DNA of 36,552 bases from an uncultured Planctomycetia bacterium (GTDB taxonomy: Bacteria > Omnitrophota > Gorgyraeia > Kaelpiales > Kaelpiaceae): assembly GCA_964627735.1 (NCBI GenBank), contig CAZVIC010000002.1:1-36552 (forward strand). Reading direction: 5' to 3'. Below are positions 1 through 8,812 of the stretch, one piece after another. Every line of letters starts with the position of its first letter. Position 1 is the first letter of the stretch. The translations under genes were made by a program, and so were the position numbers. A model generated the notes under the pieces. The model did not search any database. It was not told the DNA's origin and saw only the letters and a program-made list of their open reading frames with translations.

Positions 1-686
1 GAGAAGAGGTTTTAAAGGGTATAGATCTTAAGGTTAAGATGGGTGAGATTGTATGTCTTGTTGGTCCAAGTGGGGTTGGTAAGTCAACCCTCGTTAATCT
101 ACTACTTAGGTTTTACGATCCAAGCGAAGGCGCTGTGTTAATAGATGGAGTTGATATAAAAGAAGCAACAATAGCTTCGCTTAGAAAGCATATCGGACTT
201 GTTACTCAAGAACCTATTATGTTTAATGATACAATTGCAAACAATATCTCTTATGGTGTTAATAATAAAAGTTTAGACGAAATAAAAAGAGCCGCAATCG
301 AGGCAAATGCAGATGATTTTATTCAGAAGATCCCTCAAGGATACAATGCAATGGTAGGCGAAAGAGGGGCCAAGCTGTCAGGTGGTGAAAAACAACGATT
401 AGCAATAGCTAGGGCTATTTTGAAAAACCCACCTATTCTTATAATGGATGAGGCTACAGCCCAGCTTGATGCAGCATCAGAGCTTAAAGTTCAGGAGGCT
501 ATTCGGAGGCTCATAGAGGGTAGGACAGTGTTTTTAATAGCTCATCGTATTTCAACAGCAAGAAGAGCCGATAGGATAATAGTGATAGAGGATGGTCAGA
601 TAGCAGAAGAGGGGAAACATGATGAGTTAATTAAAAAAGATGGGTTATACTGTAAGTATTATAAATACCAATATCAGGATGTTTGA
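1..686 (+). CDS. ABC transporter ATP-binding domain, MsbA/lipid-exporter-like (5' end lies outside the window; reading frame starts at nt 3)
   Basis: The frame is open from nt 3 (EEVLKGIDLKVK before the listed M). Walker A GPSGVGKST, Q-loop VTQEP, ABC signature LSGGEKQR, Walker B ILIMDEAT and H-loop IAHR are present. The C-terminal position of the NBD is typical of fused permease-ATPase exporters. Confidence 0.88.
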   Translation, partial: EEVLKGIDLKVKMGEIVCLVGPSGVGKSTLVNLLLRFYDPSEGAVLIDGVDIKEATIASLRKHIGLVTQEPIMFNDTIANNISYGVNNKSLDEIKRAAIEANADDFIQKIPQGYNAMVGERGAKLSGGEKQRLAIARAILKNPPILIMDEATAQLDAASELKVQEAIRRLIEGRTVFLIAHRISTARRADRIIVIEDGQIAEEGKHDELIKKDGLYCKYYKYQYQDV

Positions 687-701
687 TTACTTTTTTAAAT
701 C

Positions 702-1307
702 ATGGGTTTTTTAGGCTGGGTCTTTAAAAAGCTGTTCTTGATTGTTCTAATCTTAGTGGTCTTGATATTCTTTTTTCAAAATACTTTTATCAAGGTTGCT
801 TTGAGTGTAGCGGTTCGTGCTAAGACTAATGCCAGAATAAGCATAGAGCATGTTGATTCTAGTATTCAAAAAGGCTACATCCGATTAGGTAATGTAACGC
901 TCTTAAATCCCAAAGAGTTTAGAGAGAAGAGGTTTATAGAGATAGATTCTGTTGAGTTTGAATTTGAGCCATTCTCTTTTATTAAGGGAGATTTCAAGAT
1001 AAGTAAATTTTTTATTGATATTGATAAGATATATATAGTTAAGCAAAAAAAAGAGGGTGTAAACTTAGTTAAGGTTAGAAAGAAGGTAACATCGTCAAAG
1101 AAAAAGAGTCAGAGTGGGTATTTGGTTAAAGATCTAAGAATAAAGATATCTTCTATAGCGTACAAAGATCTCTCTAGGAGACCTCCGAAGATGAAGAGTG
1201 TATTTTTAGGGTTAGAGCAGAAGTATCAAAACGTAAGAAATCTAAAGAAGATTTTAGATCTGATTCTAACCCAAGAGGTTTTAAAGGCAGCCTATTCTAA
1301 AAATTAG
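702..1307 (+). CDS. Membrane-anchored hypothetical protein, resembles the N-terminal region of AsmA-family proteins
   Basis: N-terminal TM helix (LFLIVLILVVLIFFF) followed by beta-rich segments (ISIEHVDSSIQKGYIRLGNVTLLNPKEF) like AsmA N-termini. The family assignment is by eye only. Confidence 0.45.
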   Translation: MGFLGWVFKKLFLIVLILVVLIFFFQNTFIKVALSVAVRAKTNARISIEHVDSSIQKGYIRLGNVTLLNPKEFREKRFIEIDSVEFEFEPFSFIKGDFKISKFFIDIDKIYIVKQKKEGVNLVKVRKKVTSSKKKSQSGYLVKDLRIKISSIAYKDLSRRPPKMKSVFLGLEQKYQNVRNLKKILDLILTQEVLKAAYSKN

Positions 1308-1316
1308 TAATTTTCT

Positions 1317-2168
1317 GTGATGTTAGCAATAGGAGTTCATCTCTCAATATCAAAAGGCCTGTTTAAAGCTTTAGATCAAGCCAAGAGCCTTGACTCTAGC
1401 GCAATGCAGGTCTTTATACGTAATCCTAGGGGTTATGCTAAGAAGATATTGGATTTAGAGGAGGTTGAGGAGTTCATCAAAAAACGTAAAGAGTATGGCA
1501 TAACTTCGTTAATCATACATGGGAGCTATCTTTTAAATATTGCATCTTCAGATAAAAAGATAAGAGATCGATCTATCTCTGCGATAATAGAGGATCTTAA
1601 GCTTTCATCTCAGGTGGCTGCTGAATATTATGTCTTACATTTTGGTTCAAACCCAAATAGGCTTGAAGGTTTAAATATTATGCGAGAATCTTTAGCTGCA
1701 ATTTTTAAGAATTTTGATTTTAAACCCCTAATATTGCTTGAAAATACAGCTGGAGAAGGCAATAAATTGGGTTGGGAGATAGAAGATTTTGAAGTTATTA
1801 TCAATGGAAACAAGAGGAGAATTGGAATATGTCTTGATAGCGCTCATCTTTTTGCATCAGGAATAGATTTAAATAAAAATATAGAGTTGGATAATTTTTT
1901 AAATGAGTTTGATCGAAAAATAGGAATAAGCAGCATTAAATTACTACATGTAAATGACTCTAAGACTATCTGTTGTTCTAAGAGAGATCGCCATGCGCAT
2001 ATAGGTGAAGGGTTTATTAAGAGCAAAGGGATTAGTAATTTTATTAATCACCCTAAACTTAAAATGTTACCAATTATACTTGAAACACCTAAGGATAAAG
2101 AAAAAGATGACATCAAAAACTTAAATAAGGTAAAATATCTAAAACGAGATGCCCAAAGATTTCTTTGA
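1317..2168 (+). CDS. nfo: Endonuclease IV (AP endonuclease family 2)
   Basis: Motifs HGSYLLN, LENTAG, CLDSAHLFASG, HVNDSK and DRHAHIGEG. The start is GTG 1317 or the adjacent ATG 1320. Confidence 0.9.
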   Translation: MMLAIGVHLSISKGLFKALDQAKSLDSSAMQVFIRNPRGYAKKILDLEEVEEFIKKRKEYGITSLIIHGSYLLNIASSDKKIRDRSISAIIEDLKLSSQVAAEYYVLHFGSNPNRLEGLNIMRESLAAIFKNFDFKPLILLENTAGEGNKLGWEIEDFEVIINGNKRRIGICLDSAHLFASGIDLNKNIELDNFLNEFDRKIGISSIKLLHVNDSKTICCSKRDRHAHIGEGFIKSKGISNFINHPKLKMLPIILETPKDKEKDDIKNLNKVKYLKRDAQRFL

Positions 2169-2203
2169 AATCTATATGTCGGCATTGAAAGAAGGGAGAT
2201 TTA

Positions 2204-4660
2204 ATGGAGGATTATCAGCCTCAGAAGTTTGAAAAGATATGGCAACAATATTGGCAGGACCAAAGAATATTTAATTTAGACACTACAGCTAAAAGTAAGG
2301 AAAAATACTATTGCCTTGTTATGTTTCCTTATCCCTCAAATGAGCTTCATGTAGGGCATGCCAGGAATTATGTTATAGGCGATGTTGTGGGGCGGTATAA
2401 GGCTATTCAGGGTTTTTCTGTGTTAGCACCTATAGGTTGGGATGCGTTTGGTCTTCCAGCTGAAAATCAAGCTATAAAGCACAAAATCCATCCTAAAGAA
2501 TGGACTCTTTCCAATATAAGTAGAATTACAGATCAACTTAAAAGCTGGGGAATAGGTTATGATTGGGAAAGAGAGGTTACATCCTGTAAGCCCGATTACT
2601 ATAAATGGACTCAATGGATATTTTTAAAACTTTATAAGAAAGGACTTGCTTATAAGAAGAAAGCAGCTGTTAACTATTGTCCTTCTTGTAAGACTGTACT
2701 TGCAAACGAGCAAGTATTAGATGGTAACTGTGAAAGGTGTGATTCTCCAGTTCAAGAACGAGAGATGGAGCAGTGGTTTTTTAAGATCACAGATTATATT
2801 GATCGACTCTTAGGTGATCTTGACGAGCTAGACGAGTGGCCGCAGAGAGTTAAAACGATGCAGAGAAACTGGATTGGTAAATCATATGGCGTTGAGATAG
2901 ACTTTCCTATAGTTGGAGAAGAGAAAAAGCTGAGCTGTTTTACAACTCGCGTAGATACTATCTTCGGAGCAACTTATGTAGTGCTTGCCCCTGAACATCC
3001 CTTTATAGAAGGATGGATTGAAAGCAGCGAGATTAGCGGCGATGGCGTTGACTTTATAGAGAGAATAAAGAAAACTGTAAGGAAGTCAAAAGATATTGCC
3101 AATCTGGATAAAGAAGGTATTTTTACAGGTAAATATGCAATCAATCCTATGACTAGAGAGAAGATTCCTGTCTTCTGTGCTAATTATATTCTGATGGAGT
3201 ACGGTACAGGCTCTGTAATGGCTGTTCCGACTCATGATCAGAGAGATTTTGAGTTTGCCAAGAAGTATGAGCTACCTATGCGTGTAGTTATTGATAACCC
3301 TAAGGACTCTCTTCAATTAGATAAGATGGATAAGGCTTATGAGGATGAAGGCGTTTTAGTTAACTCATTTGATTTTAACGGTCTTTCTTCAGCTGAGGCA
3401 AAGATTAAGATTGCTGAATATATGGAAGAGAAAGGAGTCGGGAGACGACAAGTACAGTATAAATTAAGAGATTGGTTGATATCAAGGCAGCGTTATTGGG
3501 GAGCGCCTATTCCAATAGTGCATTGTGACTCTTGTGGCGTAGTCCCCGTACTTGAAGAGGATCTACCAGTACTTTTACCTGAAAATGTTGAGTTCAAACC
3601 GACCGGAGAGTCACCTCTAAAACTCTGTTCTGATTTTGTTGATACAAAATGTCCTAAATGTCAAGGAAAGGCAAAACGTGAAGTTGATACAATGGATACA
3701 TTCGTTGATTCATCCTGGTACTTCCTGCGCTATATAACACCTCAAAATAGAGAGAGCGCCTTTGATGCTGAACTTGTTAACCATTGGCTTCCGGTCGATC
3801 AATATATAGGCGGGATAGAGCATGCCACAATGCATCTCATCTATGCTAGATTTATTACAAAAGTATTGTTTGATTTAGAGCTCATTGGTTTTAAAGAGCC
3901 TTTCAAGAGACTCTTTACTCAAGGCATGATTGTAAAAGATGGTGCCAAGATGTCTAAGTCTAAAGGTAATGTTGTAGCCCCTGATAGATTAATAGAAAAA
4001 TATGGTGTAGATACAATGAGGCTCTATATTCTTTTTATCGGGCCTCCCGAGAAAGATGCTGAGTGGTCAGACAAAGGTATTGAAGGAGCATATAGATTTT
4101 TAAATAGATTCTGGCGTCTATGTCAGGGACTAGATAAATATAGTCCTTCTGATTTGGATAAAGAGAGAGAAAAAGGTCTTAATAGAATATTGAATCTAAC
4201 AGTTAAGAAGATAACAGATGACATGGAAGGTGGTTTTAAATTCAATACGGCAATAAGTTCTATAATGGAACTGGTAAATCAAACTCAGTTAGATATTGCA
4301 GCAGAAGTTATAAGTAAAGAACTTTTAGCCGAGGTTATTGAAAAACTAGTCATCTTATTATCGCCATTTGCGCCTCATGTAACCGAGGAATTATGGAAGA
4401 AGATGGGAGGAAAGCCTCCATTAATTAGGGAAGCTATTTGGCCTAAGTGTAAAGAGGAGGCTCTCTTGCAAGATGTTATAGAGATACCTGTTCAGATAAA
4501 CGGTAAATTGCGAGGTAAAATATCTGTTCCAAGCGATGCTTTAGAAGATCAAATCAGAGAAACTACTCTTAAGGATGACAAGATTAGAGAGCGTTTAGAG
4601 GGTAGGGAGATAAAGAAGTTTATTGTTATCAAAAAGAAGATAATAAATATTGTTGTGTGA
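2204..4660 (+). CDS. leuS: Leucyl-tRNA synthetase
   Basis: HIGH motif HVGHARNY, KMSKS motif KMSKSKGN and the CP1 editing-region zinc cysteines (CPSC...CERC). 818 aa. SD AAGGGAG lies upstream of the ATG. Confidence 0.97.
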   Translation: MEDYQPQKFEKIWQQYWQDQRIFNLDTTAKSKEKYYCLVMFPYPSNELHVGHARNYVIGDVVGRYKAIQGFSVLAPIGWDAFGLPAENQAIKHKIHPKEWTLSNISRITDQLKSWGIGYDWEREVTSCKPDYYKWTQWIFLKLYKKGLAYKKKAAVNYCPSCKTVLANEQVLDGNCERCDSPVQEREMEQWFFKITDYIDRLLGDLDELDEWPQRVKTMQRNWIGKSYGVEIDFPIVGEEKKLSCFTTRVDTIFGATYVVLAPEHPFIEGWIESSEISGDGVDFIERIKKTVRKSKDIANLDKEGIFTGKYAINPMTREKIPVFCANYILMEYGTGSVMAVPTHDQRDFEFAKKYELPMRVVIDNPKDSLQLDKMDKAYEDEGVLVNSFDFNGLSSAEAKIKIAEYMEEKGVGRRQVQYKLRDWLISRQRYWGAPIPIVHCDSCGVVPVLEEDLPVLLPENVEFKPTGESPLKLCSDFVDTKCPKCQGKAKREVDTMDTFVDSSWYFLRYITPQNRESAFDAELVNHWLPVDQYIGGIEHATMHLIYARFITKVLFDLELIGFKEPFKRLFTQGMIVKDGAKMSKSKGNVVAPDRLIEKYGVDTMRLYILFIGPPEKDAEWSDKGIEGAYRFLNRFWRLCQGLDKYSPSDLDKEREKGLNRILNLTVKKITDDMEGGFKFNTAISSIMELVNQTQLDIAAEVISKELLAEVIEKLVILLSPFAPHVTEELWKKMGGKPPLIREAIWPKCKEEALLQDVIEIPVQINGKLRGKISVPSDALEDQIRETTLKDDKIRERLEGREIKKFIVIKKKIINIVV

Positions 4661-4992
4661 AGATTAATTTAAGCAAAGAAGGAAAATATCTTTTGTCTTT
4701 TTTAGCATTCTCTTTTTTAGTCTATCTTATTATTTCTTTTATAGGCGTTGAAGGTTTTAAGTATAGCCTGATTTCAGATAGAGTTAAATCAGAGATAGTC
4801 TTTCCTTTGGATTTAAATTCTGCTTCATATTCCGAGCTTATTCAAATTCCAGGTATAGGGCCAAGCTATGCTCAGAGAATAATAGAGTACCGTTATAATA
4901 GCGGAGGATTTGGAAGCATTGAAGAGCTAAAGAACGTTAAAGGAATAGCAGGTAAGAGGTTTATCAAGATAAAGCCTTATTTTAAGTTGTAA
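4657..4992 (+). CDS. comEA: ComEA-family helix-hairpin-helix DNA-binding protein
   Basis: N-terminal TM helix, then two HhH motifs (LIQIPGIGPSYAQRIIEYR; LKNVKGIAGKRFIKIK). The GTG start overlaps the leuS stop (GTGTGA). Confidence 0.85.
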   Translation: MKINLSKEGKYLLSFLAFSFLVYLIISFIGVEGFKYSLISDRVKSEIVFPLDLNSASYSELIQIPGIGPSYAQRIIEYRYNSGGFGSIEELKNVKGIAGKRFIKIKPYFKL

Positions 4993-4993
4993 T

Positions 4994-6427
4994 ATGCCTC
5001 CTTTTTCATATAATCTGTTTTTTGTTCTAATAGGATATATCATAGGACTTATAGTTGCTCATTTTTTTGATTTAAACATTTATTTTTTATTTGCTTTTTC
5101 AATCCTATCTTTATTGATCTCCTTTGCATTTACAAGGAGAAAGGTTTTTATTCTATTTATATCTTTGGTCTTTATCTTTTTAGGTATTATTAATGTTGAA
5201 ACAGAAGAGTTAAGCAGGGATGTTCTGTTTAATTTAAAATATTTAAAAGAAGTTAAAATAGAGGGGGTAATTAAATCTATTCCAATAAAGAGAGATAATA
5301 GGCTAAGTTTTACTCTTTTTATAGAGAAGATTAACGGCAAGAAGGTTAATACGGCTATTCCTGCAACTGTTTATTCTGACTACAGGGATTCAATAGAACC
5401 TGGAGATTTACTATCTTTAATAGGTTCTTTTAGAAACATTAGAAATAATAGTTATTTTATTGCTGATGATTTAGTTGGATCTAAAAAATATTTTTCATTT
5501 AAAAGGTATATCTATAGGATTAAAAAATATACATTAGTTGTAATAGATGAACTTTACCCTAAGGAGTATGCCCCTTTTGTGAGGGCAACAGTAGCAGGTG
5601 AAATTGGAAGCAGTGTTAATAGTCTACGTGAAATATTTCAAGAGGTTGGTGTTGTACATATTCTTGCAATAAGTGGTCTTCATGTTGGGTTATTATTGTT
5701 TTTCTTCGGTTTTTTGATTAGGCTTCTAGGTATCTACGGAAGGCTTAAAGTGTTTCTTTTAGCGGTTATACTCATCTCTTATATGTTTTTAAGCGGACTT
5801 AGGCCTCCTGTTACGCGGGCTACCATTATGGCTTTAATCTATCTCTATTTCTGGTTTCGAGGTTATAGGGTAAACCCTTTTAATATTTTAATCGCAACTG
5901 CATTTACAATGCTTCTATTTCAACCTCAAGAACTATTTGGACTTAGTTTTCAACTTTCATTTACTGCTATATCGGGAGTTTTTGTTATGCTCCATGCTTT
6001 TAATAATCAATTAAGTTGTGGGTTAAAAGAAAAAATTTTCAGTTACTTTAAAGTTACTTTTGGAGCGTATATATTTGTTCTTCCTCTTGTTGGTTATTAC
6101 TTTAGCAGAGTATCTTTAATTGCGCTGTTTGTGAATGCTCTATTTATCATTGTATTCTCTTACCTTATAAGTTCAGCTTTCCTGGCTCTGATATTTTATC
6201 CATTGGTTCCTTTTATTTCTCAAGTCATAGTGCAGGGTAGTTTGCCGGCATTCTATTTTCTCTTTAAAATATTAGATAATTTGGCTGCTCTTCCTTTTGC
6301 GTCTTTAGAGATTCCCAGAATAGGAGTGATAACAGTTGTATTTGTATACACTATCTTTATTCTGTCTATTTTAGCCTTTCGTGATATAATCAAAAAAAAG
6401 AAAGAGTCTTCTAATCTTAGGAGGTGA
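4994..6427 (+). CDS. comEC: ComEC/Rec2-family competence channel protein (no C-terminal MBL domain)
   Basis: Polytopic membrane protein with the competence-domain signature VGVVHILAISGLHVGLL. It lies directly after comEA. Confidence 0.8.
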   Translation: MPPFSYNLFFVLIGYIIGLIVAHFFDLNIYFLFAFSILSLLISFAFTRRKVFILFISLVFIFLGIINVETEELSRDVLFNLKYLKEVKIEGVIKSIPIKRDNRLSFTLFIEKINGKKVNTAIPATVYSDYRDSIEPGDLLSLIGSFRNIRNNSYFIADDLVGSKKYFSFKRYIYRIKKYTLVVIDELYPKEYAPFVRATVAGEIGSSVNSLREIFQEVGVVHILAISGLHVGLLLFFFGFLIRLLGIYGRLKVFLLAVILISYMFLSGLRPPVTRATIMALIYLYFWFRGYRVNPFNILIATAFTMLLFQPQELFGLSFQLSFTAISGVFVMLHAFNNQLSCGLKEKIFSYFKVTFGAYIFVLPLVGYYFSRVSLIALFVNALFIIVFSYLISSAFLALIFYPLVPFISQVIVQGSLPAFYFLFKILDNLAALPFASLEIPRIGVITVVFVYTIFILSILAFRDIIKKKKESSNLRR

Positions 6428-6430
6428 GTT

Positions 6431-6613
6431 ATGTTTAGGATGGGTATGACTGAGATACTTGTAATTCTTTTGATTGTATTGCTTCTCTTTGGAGCTAAGA
6501 GATTGCCTGAGATAGGAAGAGCTCTTGCCAAGACTCTTAGAGAGTTTAGAAGAGAGTCTGAACATGTTGACTCTGATAAAAGCAAAGAAGATAAAGACGA
6601 TATAATAAATTAG
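6431..6613 (+). CDS. tatA: Twin-arginine translocase subunit TatA/E
   Basis: 60 aa with TM helix plus amphipathic helix (LLLFGAKRLPEIGRALAKTLREFR). Strong SD GGAGGTG upstream. Confidence 0.9.
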   Translation: MFRMGMTEILVILLIVLLLFGAKRLPEIGRALAKTLREFRRESEHVDSDKSKEDKDDIIN

Positions 6614-6616
6614 GGG

Positions 6617-7315
6617 TTGGGTTTGACTGTCTTTGATCATCTCGAAGAGTTTAGAAGAAGGTTGATATTTATTCTTATCTTTTATTTTCTATCTGTAGTT
6701 GTTAGCTATTTTTTTGTAGATAATATTCTATTGTTTATACAAAAACCGCTAACCAGCCTGATTTATATCCATCCAGCAGAGCTTTTTATTGCCAGAATAA
6801 AGATAGCTCTATCCTTAGGTATATTCCTAACTTTTGTCTGTTTTATTTTTCAGCTATATTTATATTTAAAGCCAGCTCTTAAAGAAGGCCGCCTAAGGTT
6901 CTCTTTTGGCTATCTTTTTCTTATAGTTCTTTTCTTTTATCTAGGGATAGTGCTTGGTTATCTATTGTTTTTACCTGGCTTACTTAATTTTTTGCTTAAT
7001 TTTGAAGCAGGTAATATAAGCGCAATGATAACAGTTAGCAATTATATCTCTTTTCTTTTTATGCTACTTTTCTCTTTTGGGATTATTTTTATAATCCCAC
7101 TGGTTGTACTTTTTAGCGTTAGATCTGGATTAGTAGAGGTTGGGTTATTAAAGAAGGGTAGAAAGTATATATATATAGCCAGCTTTATCTTGGCCGCACT
7201 TTTAACACCTCCAGATGTTTTTACCCAGGTGGTTCTTGCTGTACCTTTAATATTGCTTTTTGAATTAAGTATTTTAATTTCTTCTTTTTCTGTATATAAT
7301 AATTCAAAGAAATAG
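6617..7315 (+). CDS. tatC: Twin-arginine translocase subunit TatC
   Basis: N-terminus DHLEEFRRRLI is typical of TatC, six predicted TM helices, and it follows tatA. The start is TTG 6617 or TTG 6623; the latter has better spacing to AGGGG. Confidence 0.85.
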   Translation: MGLTVFDHLEEFRRRLIFILIFYFLSVVVSYFFVDNILLFIQKPLTSLIYIHPAELFIARIKIALSLGIFLTFVCFIFQLYLYLKPALKEGRLRFSFGYLFLIVLFFYLGIVLGYLLFLPGLLNFLLNFEAGNISAMITVSNYISFLFMLLFSFGIIFIIPLVVLFSVRSGLVEVGLLKKGRKYIYIASFILAALLTPPDVFTQVVLAVPLILLFELSILISSFSVYNNSKK

Positions 7316-7516
7316 GTGATTTATATGACATTAGCAATACTACTAATATTTGCTGGGATACTTATAGCGGTCTATCCTGAGTTATTATCTCTGATAGTAT
7401 CTTTTCTCCTTATTATTATAGGATTAAGTATTCTTTTTTTAAGATATTATACTAAGAAGATGTCGCAGAGCTGGGAAAACAATTCACCATTTATGAACTT
7501 TTTTATGAGGTTTTAA
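7316..7516 (+). CDS. Small two-TM membrane protein, DUF3096-like
   Basis: LAILLIFAGILIAVYPELLSLIVSFLLIIIGL resembles the DUF3096 consensus as I remember it. The start is GTG 7316 or ATG 7325. Confidence 0.5.
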   Translation: MIYMTLAILLIFAGILIAVYPELLSLIVSFLLIIIGLSILFLRYYTKKMSQSWENNSPFMNFFMRF

Positions 7517-7518
7517 TT

Positions 7519-8331
7519 ATGAAAGAAGATTTTTTAACCGGATTTTATACCAGGGATGAATTCCAACCTTTTATTGATAATCTTACTGAATCGGAGAAGA
7601 GTTTTACTATAGGTCTTATAGATTTAAACCATTTTAAAGTTATTAATGATAAATATGGTCATATGTTTGGGGATAGCGTTTTAAGATATGTTTCCTCGAC
7701 TATAAAAATTACATTTGAAGACAGAGGTACATTATTTCGCTATGGAGGAGATGAGTTTATAGTAGTCTTTCCTGAACAGGACAAGAAATATGCTTCAATT
7801 TTATTTAAAATCTGTAATAGAAATTTAAAGAAGCGTCCTTTTTTACATAGAACTAAGCTCTTAAAAATCAGTGTCAGTTATGGTATTGCATCCTATCCTC
7901 AGGATGCTTTGGATATCGAATCTCTTGTTCATAAAGCTGATATGGCCATGTATTGCTCTAAAAAGCTGGCTAGGGGAGCTGCGGTCGATGTTGCAAGAAT
8001 AAATATTTGTCGGATGCTTATCTTGGGAAAGAAGCTTCTTTCTTGGGTAGTACTCCTTGCTCTAATAAGTCTTATTGTCTTTAAACCTTTTAAGATAGGA
8101 GTAAAGAAGCTTATTACTTCAAGAAATATTGAGCATGGCGAAGTAGTACCAAACGAGCCCTGTGAAGTAGTATTTAAGAACGGTTATATTTTAAAAGGGA
8201 TGTTAGTTGAGAAAGACTCTAAGACCATCACTCTTCTTGTTTCCATGGATGGAGTTGAAGGTAAGATGAAGATAGATCAGAATATAATCAGTAAGTATCG
8301 CACTTTTAAACTTAAAGATTGGCTTTTATAA
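7519..8331 (+). CDS. Diguanylate cyclase (GGDEF) with C-terminal TM anchor and small C-terminal beta-rich domain
   Basis: DLNHFKVINDKYGHMFGDSVL and RYGGDEFIVVF (intact GGDEF). No RxxD I-site at the canonical position. A hydrophobic helix LLSWVVLLALISLIVF lies after the catalytic domain. Confidence 0.85.
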   Translation: MKEDFLTGFYTRDEFQPFIDNLTESEKSFTIGLIDLNHFKVINDKYGHMFGDSVLRYVSSTIKITFEDRGTLFRYGGDEFIVVFPEQDKKYASILFKICNRNLKKRPFLHRTKLLKISVSYGIASYPQDALDIESLVHKADMAMYCSKKLARGAAVDVARINICRMLILGKKLLSWVVLLALISLIVFKPFKIGVKKLITSRNIEHGEVVPNEPCEVVFKNGYILKGMLVEKDSKTITLLVSMDGVEGKMKIDQNIISKYRTFKLKDWLL

Positions 8332-8334
8332 GAT

Positions 8335-8781
8335 ATGGTTTATGAGAACAGAGGTTCCTCTGATATAGAACAGAAGGCGCTTAAAGCAATAGGCCAGACC
8401 TTTGATCTCTCTGCAATAGATTCTTCAATTTTAGTTACTTTTCCTTATCAGTATCCTCAAAATGCAATAGAGATGGAGCACTCAACCGATGAGTTTAGTT
8501 GTCTCTGTCCATTTTCTAGTCTTCCAGACTTTGCAATGATAAGATTGATATATATACCGAATAAGCTATGTGTAGAGCTTAAGTCTTTTAAGTATTATCT
8601 TCTATCGTTTAGGCAGGTTAAAATATTTCATGAACATGTGATTAATAAAATTATGGAAGATTTAGTCAAAGCTTTAGATCCTGTTGAATTAAAAATAGAA
8701 GCCCTTTTTAATCTTAGGGGTGGGATAGAGACAAAAGCATCGGCTAGCTATAAAAAGAAAAAGAAAGACGTAAAAAATTAA
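8335..8781 (+). CDS. queF: NADPH-dependent 7-cyano-7-deazaguanine (preQ0) reductase, type I QueF
   Basis: Catalytic Cys context EFSCLCPFSSLPDFA, QueF motif ELKSFKYYLLSFR, plus FHEH and RGGI. About 148 aa, like unimodular QueF. Confidence 0.8.
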   Translation: MVYENRGSSDIEQKALKAIGQTFDLSAIDSSILVTFPYQYPQNAIEMEHSTDEFSCLCPFSSLPDFAMIRLIYIPNKLCVELKSFKYYLLSFRQVKIFHEHVINKIMEDLVKALDPVELKIEALFNLRGGIETKASASYKKKKKDVKN

Positions 8782-8812
8782 TAGCCTCCTATTTTTCTAG
8801 TATTTTATTTCA

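Noticed and set aside
1628-2614. Minus-strand ORFs of 60-63 aa inside nfo and leuS (1628-1813, 1844-2026, 2423-2614)
   Set aside because: They are fully nested antisense to genes with unambiguous motifs, and they are short with no recognisable features. The same reasoning applies to 5080-5340, 6253-6640, 9163-9384, 12892-14046, 15474-15668, 20392-20595, 21731-21916 (same strand, off-frame) and 32023-32247.
8335-8781. QueF active-site segment CPFSSLPDF instead of the common CPKTGQPDF, considered as a sign of altered function
   Set aside because: The catalytic Cys, the Asp of PDF, the ELKSFKYY motif and FHEH are all retained, so this is most simply lineage divergence.
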